The notes beneath the pieces were generated by a model, which saw only the letters and a program-made list of their open reading frames with translations, was not told where the DNA came from and ran no database searches. A stretch of 64,000 nt of DNA from the human T2T-CHM13v2.0 reference genome, Homo sapiens, in assembly GCF_009914755.1 (NCBI RefSeq), contig NC_060926.1; one strand, given 5' to 3'. Positions within the stretch are counted from its first letter, which is position 1. Each line of letters starts with the position of its first letter. Shown one piece after another: positions 44,023-57,879 of this stretch. The position numbers and the translations under genes are program-made.

Positions 44023-44069
44023 TGAATATGCCAATGTATTATATATGTGTTCCAAGTGATAGAACTGTA

Positions 44070-44562
44070 GCCATTATATCAGTTAGTTTTGGATACCTAA
44101 CAAACCATGACACAAGTAAATAATAAAAAAAATTTCTCATGGTTCTACAGGTCAGCTGCCCCATTTATCTGGTCTGTGCCAGCTCAACTGATATTTATGG
44201 TTAATAAGAGTCTAAACTGGGATTGAATGACTTAAGATGGTCTCACTCATACATCTGTTGTTAGCAGACTGATTAATCTAGGGAGTCTCAGCTGTGCTGT
44301 CTAATTTCTGTTCCACATGATCTCTTATTCTTCAGCAGGCTGTCCTGGACTTCTTCACAGGATGCTCTCTGCACCCTGAATAGCAGCCAGAAAGTTCAGG
44401 ACCCAATACTTAAGAACATTTCCAAGTCTCTGCTTTCATTACAGTTGTCAATGTGCTGTTGTCAGAGCAAATCACATGGCTTGATTCGAGGGGTGGGAAA
44501 TCAACACTGCCTCTTGATTGGGGGAGCTGCCAAATATTGTGACAATTATTGCAATCTACCAC
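44070..44562 (-). mobile_element. MLT1 (G/H-like) MaLR LTR
   Basis: Ends 'ttgcaatctaccaca' (TGTGGTAGATTGCAA on minus); also 'gcaaatcacatggc' and 'cctcttgattggggagctgc'. Confidence 0.7.
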
Positions 44563-45004
44563 AGCTGAGGACTTTGAGAGCCTATTTATTTTACGCATTC
44601 CATAATGTTCATCCTACTCATTTTGCATGTGAATACAAATATTATATCTTTTTAAACTTGTTAACTTTAATTTTTTTTTTAATTTTTATGGGTACATAAT
44701 AGGTGTGTATATATAAAGAATGAATTTTTATTCCAATTTGGAAAGAGATTTTGCTATATTCTTCTTTGTTATCTTGGCACAAGATTTAGCATTTGGGACT
44801 TGATTGTCACTTTATAAGTATTTGTTGGATAAATAAATATGTAAACAAATCAAGACATGTACAGAAAGAAGTTAACCATTTTACTTATTTATAATTAAAT
44901 GGTGGTAGTGCATTAAAATGCTATATATCTCAGACACTTGATATCAAATTTATAATGTTTATATTACCTTCAGAAGTACCAAATAAGCATATAATAGTCT
45001 ATCT

Positions 45005-45209
45005 CAGGATTCAGCAAACATGCACTGGCCACTTTTCTGTAAAGTTTACTTAAAACACAACCATACCCATCCCATTCATTTATGTATTCTCCATGACTGC
45101 TTTTATGCTGCAGTGGTAGATTTGAGTTCCTGGTGACCTCTGCCATATGCCCTGCAAGGTAAAAAATATTTAATATCTGACCTTTCAAGAAAATATTTGC
45201 TGAGCATTG
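45005..45209 (+). mobile_element. MER58A (hAT-Charlie)
   Basis: Termini caggattcagcaaac / atttgctgagcattg; internal 'cattcatttatgtattctccatgactgc' and 'aaaatatttaatatctgaccttt'. Confidence 0.8.
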
Positions 45210-45285
45210 TAATATCTGAATATTTGAAACCATGAATTAGTGTAGCCCTTTCATTCATTGTTACATTTATTGGCATATCAAAGCA

Positions 45286-45455
45286 AATATATATATATTT
45301 AAATATATATATATAAAGTATATATATTTAAATATATATATAAAGTATATATAAATATATATATAAAGTATATATATTTAAAGTATATATACATTTATTT
45401 AAAGTATGCATGGGTGTACATATATGTGTGTACATATATATTTATATTATATATA
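45286..45455. repeat. AT-rich tandem repeat (TATATATAAAG/TTTAAA units)
   Basis: Directly visible. Confidence 0.85.
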
Positions 45456-46766
45456 ATTTGCACTGACTAAATCATGTATTACTTGTTCTCAAATATCCAG
45501 GGTTCTATAAAATGACACCTCCATTAACTTCACCATCATCTTCCTCATCATCACAGCCAACATCCTTGTTGTCATCCATCACTGGCATTTGATTGCTTTC
45601 TATGTACAAAGCATTGTGCTAAGAGTTTCATATACATGGTATAAAATTCAATATCTATAATAACTCCAGGAGATATAGGTATTTTTAAAATGATTTTACA
45701 GTTATTAAATAGCATAGCTTGGTATCTAAATCTGTTCTTTAGGTTTCTAAAATCTTTGTTCTCAGCCTTTATCCTATACTTGTTATTGGTATGTGGAAAA
45801 TAACAAGTGGACAGCAAGATGCATTAAATGATTCCTCCAAAAAGGGTCAAGATCAAAGGGATAAGTGACAAGCAGTGCACTAGCAGCTCTTCATTTTGCA
45901 AAAGACCCCCTTCAATTGAGTAGAGAGTTCTGAAACAAATACAGATAAACTAATCAGAGTAGAGGAGGATAGTTGCCTCTGAAATCACATGAAGACTTGT
46001 AGTAAATAGGATGAGAGGGGTTACATCCTTATAATAAACCAAAACATTGTGATCAACTGGGCTGACCTTGAGTATTGAGTACCTGACTCACGGTGTTGAC
46101 ACATATGTTCCCACAGCCTTTCCTGAGTCTCTTGACATTATGAGTGAGGAGGGAAGGATGTCTTGGCAGACTCCTCACCTGTTCAATGAAATCAATGTGT
46201 GAGACTGATCTTCACAAGAGTAGTTTTAAGCACTCATGGAAGCCCCCATATCTTAACCTAATCATGTCAGTGGATTAAATAAAAACTTTGCTTTCTGAAA
46301 AACAAAGACTGGGGAGAAAAGATAGAGATAAAATGAAATAAATGAAATATAAGCAAAATATAAGGATAAAAATACATAAATAATCAGTGTTAAATTGGCG
46401 TTAAATAATTCATACAGCTTTATAATATACCTGTGTTAATTTTATAGCTTTTTAGAAATGAGTGAAGAATAATTGACAACACATAAAAGTGAGATGTTTA
46501 TATGGGTAGAATTTTCCCTTGCACATAGTTATTTTATCAAAATAAGATGAAACAGAAATATTAATTTGTTCAATTATATCTTTGGGTAATAAATTTTCAT
46601 ACAACATACACCAGCTATAATATATCTAGCTGTCAATTGAAAATCATACATTTTTATGTGGATATATGGCAGGTAAGCTTAATCTTTTACTACTTTCCTT
46701 GTGACTTTTTTTTTTTTTTACAGTATGTATCCATTGGATCAAACAAGGTAAAAGAGTGAAAGAATC

Positions 46767-48208
46767 CTGGAGGGATCATGCTACCTGACTTGAAACTATA
46801 CTACAAGCCTACAGTAATCAAAACAGCATGGTACTGGTACCAAAACAAAGATACATACCAATGGAACAGAACAGAGCCCTCAAAAATAAAGCCACATATC
46901 TACAACTATCTGATCTTTGACAAACCTGACAAAAACAAGAAATGGGGAAAGGATTCCCTATTTCATAAATGGTGCTGGGAAAACTGGCTAGCCATATGTA
47001 GAAAGCTGAACCTGGATCCCTTCCTTACACCTTATACAAAAATTAATTCAAGATGGATTGAAGACTTAAATGTTAGACCTAAAACCATAAAAACCCTAGA
47101 ATAAAACCTAGGCAATACCATTTAGGACATAGGCATGAGCAAGGACTTCATGACTAAAACACCAAAAGCAACGGCAACAAAAGCCAAAATAGACAAATGG
47201 GATCTAATTAAACTAAAGAGCTTCTGCACAGCAAAAGAAACTATTATCAGAGTGAACATGCAACCTACAGAATGAGAGAAAATTTTGCAATCTATCCATC
47301 TGACAAAGGGCTAATATCCAGAATCTACAATGAACTCAAACAAATTTATCAGAAAAAAACAAACAACCCCATCGACAAGTGGGTGAAGGACATGAACAGC
47401 CACTTCTCAAAAGAAGATATTTATGTAGCCAAAAGACACATGAAAAAATGCTCATCATCAGTGGCCATCAGAGAAATGCAAATCAAAACCACAATGAGAT
47501 ACCATCTCACACCAGTTAGAATGGCGATCATTAAAAAGTCAGGAAACAACAGGTGCTGGAGAGGATGTGGAGAAATAGGAAAAATTTTATACTGTTGGTG
47601 GGACTGTAAACTAGTTCAACCCTTGTGGAAGTCGGTGTGGCGATTCCTCAGGGATCTAGGACTAGAAATACCATTTGACCCAGCCATCCCATTACTGGGT
47701 ATATACCCAGAGTATTATAAATCATGCTGCTATAAAGACACATGCACACGTATGTTTATTGCGGCACTATTCACAATAGCAAAGACTTGGAACAAACCCA
47801 AATGTCCAACAGTGATAGACTGGATTAAGAAAATGTGGCATATATACACCATGGAATACTATGCAGCCATAAAAAATGATGAGTTCATGTCCTTTGTAGG
47901 GACATGGATGATGCTGGAAACCATCATTCTTAGCAAACTATCACAAGGACAGAAAACCAAACACCACATGTTCTCACTCACAGGTGGGAATTGAACAATA
48001 AGAACACATGGACACAGGAAGGGGAACATCACACACTGGGGCCTGTTGTGGGGTTGGGGGAGGTGGGAGGGACTGCATTAGGAGAAATACCTAATGTTAA
48101 ATGATGAATTAATAGGTGCAGCACACCAACATGGCACATATATATATACGTAACAAACCTGAACGTTGTGCACATGTACCCTAAAACTTAAAGTATAATT
48201 AAAAAAAA
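46767..48208 (+). mobile_element. L1PA (L1PA4-5-like background), 5'-truncated
   Basis: ORFs 46778..47104 and 47272..47994 are the ORF2 C-terminus (CWRGCGE...), followed by 3' UTR and A tail. No clear TSD. Confidence 0.95.
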
Positions 48209-50147
48209 GTAAGATGGTCATATTGCCTCTTTCGTTCTATTTTTAATATTGTAAGCACATTAGTAAACTTAAAAATTGTCATTTATTTAATGTTTATTAG
48301 GTTCTAGACATTGTTAAGTGTTCAAAGTATATTCACACATTAAACTACAAAAATGAAAGCCTAGAGAGGCAAATGACTGACCAACCTCACAGATATTGGA
48401 GATAAATAAGCCCAAATCTTTTTGAGCCCAAGTTCACTCCCAGATATAAATTTAACATCTCTGATTTAGAAGAGCATTGTTTTATCACATCTTAAAATCT
48501 CTCCTTAGATACAGAAAGATTAGTTTTGTAACACTAGGCATGAGCATCATCTTACTTGTGTTCAATGTTCTTTCTGTGTTTTGTGCTCCCCAACTATTTG
48601 ACAAGCTCAGTAATTTTTGATTTCTTATTTCTTTGTTCCCATGAATCCTCCACAAACACTACTTAATCCAAGAATTTAGCATATAGCCCTGGACATACAA
48701 TTGGTATTTGATTACTTAACATTTTTTCAATGAAATGAGAAGATATTGTGAGACTAACATACATTTTTTTCCATTCAAAGGCAGTAAGTTGGCTTTCCTA
48801 ATATGTACATTCTTTGTTAGTATCCAAAGTCGTTTTCAAGTGCATATATCCTAATCCTTGGTTCTCCTTTAGTAAGGTGAGTTTGTTCCCAAGTTTTTGT
48901 ATTTACTATATTTCATGATCGTATATTCGCCTGCAAGTTTGCTCAGCAGAATATTTACTTTTCATTTGGTATCATTCTCTTCTTAATTGCATTTTAAACT
49001 ATTCCCTTTTTCAATGGGAATCATATTTCTTTGACAACAAAGCTTATATTTATATTATTTCCAAGTAAATGTTAGTTCTGACCTCAAATGCTGCTCTAAA
49101 TTCATCCATAACCTTCATCCCTATCCTATTGATAACTGTATATCCTATTTGCTAACTGTACCTTGCCAAACATCCTTGCGAGCCTGACCCAACCCACACC
49201 CTGATTAACCTCTCTTAGTCTTAATCATTCTATCACTGTTACAGTCAGTTCAGAGCATAAGATTACTTAATGTTCCCTTTAGTTAGAATGAAATAATCTA
49301 AAATTTAAAAAATTAATGCTTAAAGTATCCTTAGATATGCTGTCAAATCTGAAATCTGATTTCTCTGTTTTTCATCCATGTTCCTCTATCAAAGCAAGGG
49401 CATAGTAAAGCTTGATTTTGTGATTGTTGTTGTTGTTATTGTCTTCATATTCATTGTTACGAGTTTCTTCCTTTCCATCAGTTACACAGTCCATGCACTG
49501 TGAATGTGTCACCTTCCAAGAACATCCTGCCACACTTTGCAACCTGAAGAGATTGAGCCTCTTGCACCATTTCCTATACTTTGCTAGAAAATCATATTAT
49601 TACGTTCTGATAAAAATTCCCACATATCCTCTTGCTAACAGCTGTTCTGTGAATGGAGCAATACTGAGTAGAATGAAATATCAGTTCTTGTAAAATAAAG
49701 CCGCTTTCCTAATCCAAGAACAAACTGCACTTGGTTTGAGAGGCCCCATGAGGACCAAAAGAAATACTTGAGTAATGCATCTTTTTTGCTTGAACTGTAT
49801 AACTAAATTTAAGTTTATATAGATAGCATACCCTAAAAAGCTTCTTTGTATGACATAAGTTGTATAACTTACAGAACAATTGTCAAGATGGGAAGTTTGT
49901 TTCAGTTTCGATAACTTATGCAAGTTAGCATATGAAGCTAGGACCCCCACCGAGGTCAACAGCTGGATTTAAATTTTCTCTGAATAACTTACCTCAAAAC
50001 AGTTAAGTTTAGAGGGACAGGGTTGATAACTTAGTGTCAGCATAGTAAAAGAAGGTTCAAGGGGCAGTGGGAGAACTCTGCTCTAAAGCACAGCCCTTGT
50101 TAATATGTGTTACAATAAACAGTGTGGAGAATAATATAAAAGATATA

Positions 50148-51461
50148 GAAGGGAGTCTTTTAAAAGTTCATATGGACAATGTGTATTATAAATAAAAAAC
50201 TATGCATGGATTTGAAAAGTACTTTGCACCAAAATAAACTTGTAAACATATTTGAACAAGATTTAGGTTGGGGAGAAACTAAGAAGGATAATGCATCAGT
50301 TTGAAAAGAGCTCCTATCAGAGCAAAACAAATTCTGCTAAAATTGAAGCAAAACAAACATCAATTTTATCGTGAAGCTTGGGTAGAAGAATGGTGAGATC
50401 ATTGATGCTTTATGAGATGTTTATGGTGATGATGCTCCAAATAAAATGACAGTTTACAAATGGATAACTCATTTTAAGAAGGGATGAGATGATGTTGAAA
50501 TGAAGTCTGTAGTAGCAGACCATACACATCAATTTGTGAGAAAAAATTAATCTTGTTTATGCCCTAATTGAAGAGGACTGACAAATAACCACACAAATAG
50601 CCAACACTATAGACATCTCAACTGTTCTAGCATACACAATTCTGAATGAAAAATTGAAGTTGAACAAACTTTCCCATTTGGTAAGTGCCCAAAACCATTG
50701 TGATCAGATTGGCTATAAACAAGAGCAGAACTTTCAATTGAAGTTTTAAACAAGTGGGATCAATATCCTGAAGCTTTTTTTTTTTTTTTTGAAGAAGAAG
50801 AATTGTAGCAGGAAATGAAACATAGATTTACCAGTATGGTTCTGAAGACAAAGCACAATCAAAGCAATGGCTACCAAGAGGCGGAAACAGTGCAGTCAAA
50901 CCAAAAACAAACCACCAGTCAAGAGCAAAAGTCATGGCAACATTTTGGGGAAAATGTTCAAGATATCTGCTTGTTGACTTCCTGGAGGGTCAAAGAATAA
51001 TAACATCTGCTTATTATGAGAATGTTTTGAGAAATTTAGCCAAAGCTTTAGCAGAGAAATGCCCGAGAAAGCTTAATCAGACAGTCTTTCTCCATCACGA
51101 CAATAATCCTATTCCTTTCCCTCATCAAACAAGGGCATTTTTGCAATAGTTTCAGCGAGAAATCAACAGGCATACACCTTGCAGTCCTGATTTGGCCTCT
51201 TTTGACTTCTTTTTGTTTCCTTATCTTAAGAAAATATTTAAAACTTCCCCATTTTTTTTTTCAGTTAATAATGTAAAAAAAGACTACATTGACATGGTTA
51301 AACTCCCAGGGTCCTTAGGTCTTTGGATGAACAAAATGGCTGGTATCATTGCTTAGAAAAGTGTCTTGACTTTCATGAAGGTTATGTTGAGAAATAAAGT
51401 TTATGCTTTTAATTTGTATCTTTTGATTTTGTGTTTTCAGAAACTTTTTGAAGTCCCCTTA
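50148..51461 (+). mobile_element. HSMAR2 mariner DNA transposon, full length, transposase pseudogenised
   Basis: About 1.3 kb. Inverted termini gaagggagtctttt-aaaagttc / aactttttgaagtcccctta, each flanked by TA. Remnants 'LVDFLEGQRIITSAYYE', 'HHDN' and 'CSPDLASFD'; TGDETW is mutated to AGNET-stop. Confidence 0.93.
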
Positions 51462-52464
51462 TAATTGTCAAAGCTCCAGATGACATAAAATGTCAGGATA
51501 TGTTGTATGTGGTAGATCAAGATCACTTGTGAGGTTTAATTATTCTGCATTCTTCTATGTAGACCTATCAGGTGGACAGCCTAAAGCCACCATCACTGCC
51601 TCAACATTTGCCAGTTTAGCAAACATGTTAGCACAGCTCAATTAATTCTACATTTTGATTATCCTCATAATGGCTTATGTCATTGCTCAATTGAAAAGTT
51701 GCCTTAAAGTTGTTTACACATATCTTTAAAATTCTTGTATATTTTATTTAATTAACAGAAGACCTTATTTTTATCAGATGCATACCCCTTCGTTGAATGC
51801 AAATTTATTGAACTATGAGAATGTAATCTTCTACTAATTAATGAGTTACAAGTGATTGGAAATATGGTATGATGATGAAACACTGTGTTCAAAATGCAGA
51901 TTATTCTAAAGAATCAGAGTAACAATGCCTTAATATTATTTTAACAACAGTGTCTGGAACATAATCGGTGTTAGACACTTTACCACATTGCATTATCAGG
52001 CATAAAGTTTAGCTATCATTTCAGGAAACTGATGATAACTCAAAATTAAACATTAAAATTGACATAGTATCTGATATTGTAGGCTGATTCCAACTATAAG
52101 ATAAAAAGTGACTTATTTTTGAGAACTTATTGGGCATTTTTTTTCCCAATATGTTGTTTCATACAAGGAAGCAAATAATCTGAGAATTAGTGACACTATC
52201 TGTGGCTATGTGTTGATTTGTCCGTTTGAAGTATTCCCAAGGTTTCATGGAATTGAATTTTTCTAGTGTTTAGCACATGCTGGTTCCTTTCTCTTGCACA
52301 AATAAAGTCAGCCAAATCATAAATAAATTATTCTCTCCCAAACCACTCAAGTTCACCTAAACATAAAGACACTTCTAGTAGGTTGATAGCATTTGTGAGG
52401 TTGAGTTAGGCATAATAAGGTAATTCAGCAATGACCTTAACAATATTCGTTAAAAAATAAAGCA

Positions 52465-52700
52465 ACTGGCATTTCAGATGTTTACTATGTGACAGATAAT
52501 GTTCTAGATGTTATAAAATATTACTTATAATTCTCATCCCATGCAAATTTAGAATTATTATCCTCATTTTATTTATGTAGGGACTGAAGAGTAAAGAACT
52601 GGATAAACTTGCCCAAAGTTATGCCACTATCTTATGCAACCATAATATTCAAACACAATCTTTCTGAGTCAAATCCTGTCTCTTTTTACTATAAACACTC
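52465..52700 (+). mobile_element. MIR
   Basis: 'attatcctcattttatttatgtagggactgaag...aacttgcccaaagttatgc'. Confidence 0.65.
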
Positions 52701-53564
52701 ATTGAGCAATAACCAAATGCAAGATAGTTGTTAAGTATTACAGGAATCAAATATGCCCCTAATTATTTATAAAATAGGAGAAATTTTACAAAGAGAACCA
52801 AAAATTATATTCTAGGTAAGAACATAATACTATTCAAAAGAGAAATATAATCAAGAGACTCAGATTGCAAAGAAACAGAAGGTATAGTCCTTACTCTCAA
52901 AGGAGATCTTGGAAAAGTATGACTCTAGGATTGCTATCCATAAGCCATGAATGTGGCAGATGATGAGTGCAGACTGATCTTCTGTCACTGCAAAATGTGT
53001 GCTCCAAAAACACTACTGCAGAAATTGCCTTTCTGAATCTTCAGATACTTATGACTTCTGTAAACGAAGTCTGTAGTAGCAGACCATGACTGCCTACTGG
53101 GCATACCTTAATAACCTTAAAAATTTCACAGGGAAAAGTCATAGGTGATACCCCTGTAACTGTTTGAAAGGAACATTTTGAACAATGATGAATACATGGA
53201 AGCTATTAGATGCAGACAAAATTATATCCTCCAGAAAACAATGGATTGGTTTATAATAGCTGTTTCCAAGAGTTTAATCAACAGAGGAAAGTCTGACTAC
53301 AATTCTCTGTCCCTCATGATTTCTACTGGCATCACTCAATGCTACTTGCTGGGTGTGACCTTTCATCACTATACATTGTTTTATTTGGTTGGACTCATTT
53401 CCAAAGGTCTGTTTCTATAAGGCCTCTTGGAGGCAGGCACTTCTTCAGGGTGAGGTATATCAGATTTGGGGAATTCTCTAAAAGTCTCAGGAAACTAAGG
53501 CAGAGCTCATTCTGACATCAAAATACATGCATCATTAATTCACTTTCAGTTCCAACAGACCAGC

Positions 53565-55240
<1,676 letters not shown>

Positions 55241-56759
55241 CTAATTGACATAAATTAAACTAATAAGAACCCAAAAGCTTGTGACAAGCCCAACATGATT
55301 TATTACTTTCAAATAAATTAAGCTTTTGATAGATGAATAATCTTTAGGAAAGGAAAAAACAAATCATTCTTTTTTTTCTCATCAGTATTTTAATGTAATA
55401 CATTTACAGTACAGTGCGTTACATAGCTAGAAAGGGAAAGGGGAACTTATGAAAAATAGCTTGATGACTAACTTTTTTGTTTATATATTTATTAACAAAG
55501 TAATTTAAGTGAAGTATTATTCTTTTCCCTTTTTACAAGGAAAAGCTATGTTGGGTCTATTTTTTAATCACATAAAGATTTGAGGAATATTCTCACAACT
55601 TTGGGTCCAAAATTGAGAGGGAGTAAATTTCTATTTATTTCAGAACAAAAAGGGATCAGTAAGACTAGGACTGGAACTGACAACATCAGCCTCACAATTA
55701 CTGGTGGACATAAGATAAAACTGTAGGTTTGGGTATAGATGTAGGGCTTCCTTTGGCCTATTCCATGAGCAGAGAAGAATAACTAGGTGGAGACCATCTT
55801 TGCATCCCACTTGTCACAGCACTGCCTCACAGATGACATAGGAATATAATTTAGATGTGGATTTGTGATTTGTGAAGTTTTTACAGAAGTCCACAAGTCG
55901 GTACTAGCAGATTGGTCTTCTCAAGATAAGCTTAACATCCCTGAAGCCACTTTATAATATCCTGATCTTATAAGATAGGTCTTGATCTCCAGTAAGTGGG
56001 GTTCTACATGAGTCAAAAAAGAAGGTCAGAAATCATAAGCACTTTTGTCAGATGATAATATTATATTATATGAGTGGATTAGGGTTCATCTTGGAAAAGA
56101 TTATTTGGTTCTTTGTGGGCTTTGTCTAGAGTTCAGACATTCTTCCTTCATCCTTCCTATATCCCATATCTTGGTTTCTTCAGTTAGGGAATCAATGAAA
56201 TTCTGAAGATCTAATATGTGTCATGGATGAGAGCTTTTAATTTCAACACTGCATTAACAGGCCAATGAATGATTGGTGAATGAGAAGAAAAACATGGTGG
56301 TCTTTTATTCTATTGGTTCTTTCTCCAACTCTCTATGCCATTGGCCATTTGTATTATGGTTACTCTTACACATGATTTTAAATATAATACAATTCTATTT
56401 AAAGAAATACCATTTGGCATTGTTAAATATAAATGAGTATGACCTAATAAAACTTTTGTTGTCATTTATACCTTTAAATAGCTATGTTTATGAATATTGG
56501 GACAAAAGATGCCAAGCAAATCAATCATTTGTGATACCAACACAGTTGCATCTACATATTTTATTTTTACTGCCTCGAATAAACAATAAGTGTATGATTT
56601 TCAGAAGTGGACTTTTTACCTTAATGTATGAAATAACTCAAAATGTTAAAATAATATTATTATAAGAACAAAACTGACTAATATGTAGGTGTTTTACATT
56701 TCTAGAATTACTCAGGGCTGAAATAATTTCAATGTTTGTCAAAAATGTAAATGCATTGC

Positions 56760-57055
56760 ATATTTTACCTTGAAGTAGGGAACAGTTCTGTATCTTCATT
56801 GTGTTGGTAATTAGATCAGTCTATACTTGTGCCAGAACTGCACAAAAGTATACAAACACAAGTACAAATAAAACTGGTGAAATTTGAATAGACTTTGTAA
56901 ATTATACCAATGTAAATGTCCTTTTATAGGCTTTGATATTATTTTAAGGTAATTAAGTTATCATCAGAGAAAACTGGATGAAGGGCACTGAGGACCTGCC
57001 TGTACATTTTTTGCAACTTCTGATGAATCTAGGCTTATTCAAAGTAAAATGTAGA
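56760..57055 (+). mobile_element. L1MC-type 3' end
   Basis: 'aaaactggtgaaatttgaatag', 'gaaaactggatgaaggg...ttgcaacttctg'. Confidence 0.7.
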
Positions 57056-57123
57056 AAGAGAAGATAAAGGAGAATAACAGGTTAAGTGTTAAAGTGAAAA
57101 AGTAAGGCACAGACTGGAAAAGG

Positions 57124-57372
57124 TATGATATATATGGATATGAATATATATATGATATATATTATATATAATATATAAATACATATCATTATATATCATA
57201 TATATCATTATTATTAGATATATATACATATCATTATATACCTTATTATATATCTTATATATAATATCAATATACATATCATTATATACCTCATATATCA
57301 TAATTATTAGATATATGTCATATATATTTTATATATGATATCTAATCCATAATCATATATATATCTATATAT
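57124..57372. repeat. AT-rich degenerate tandem repeat
   Basis: Repeated 'tatacatatcattatata' units. Confidence 0.85.
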
Positions 57373-57879
57373 AGAAACCAGAAACAGACCTACACACAAA
57401 TGGTCACCAGCTTAATGACAATGGTACAATTACAAGACCATAAATATGTCCATATCCATATATATCCTCTATCAGATAAAAAGGATAAAGAATGATAAAG
57501 ACTAAACAATACAAATAAAACTCTTTAAAAATGCTTGAAAAGAACGTTCACAAAAGTTGATATCTGAGAGGCCAATTATTGTATGAAAAGATGATCAGAA
57601 ACAATCACTAGGATAATTCAAAATAAAACCACAATGAACAGCACTACATACTCAGCAAAATGGCCGTAATTAAAAGACTGATGATGAAACATGCTGGCAA
57701 GACTTTGGAGTCACTTGAACTCTCACACATTGCTGAGAGAAATGTAAAATAATGAAACACTTTGGAAAATTGTTTGGGAATTTCTAATAAATATAAACAT
57801 ACAACTACCCTATGACCCACCAATTCCACTCTTAGACATTTACCAAAATTAAGTGAAAACTTGTACCTACAAGAAGACT
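57371..57879 (+). mobile_element. Ancient L1ME-type ORF2 3' fragment, continuing at ~60480-60850 after the L1PA insertion
   Basis: Decayed ORF2 C-terminal motifs (aaataaaaccacaatg, ttggaaaattgtttgg, tatgacccaccaattccactc). Reads through as 'aagact|tataaaggaatactc'. Confidence 0.7.

Noticed and set aside
47272-47994. Longest ORFs (240, 238, 213, 196 aa) as host genes or an active retroelement
   Set aside because: All are L1 ORF2p fragments in truncated, frameshifted copies with no L1PA 5' UTR promoter.
50815-51149. Domesticated transposase gene
   Set aside because: Stops, frameshifts, a lost start and a mutated first catalytic Asp.
56273-56665. 130-aa hydrophobic ORF
   Set aside because: Non-ATG start, composition driven by AT content, no recognisable motif or splice support.
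57124-57372. CRISPR-like or coded array in the AT-rich repeats (also 45286-45455)
   Set aside because: Degenerate slippage repeats with no unique spacers, in a eukaryotic context.
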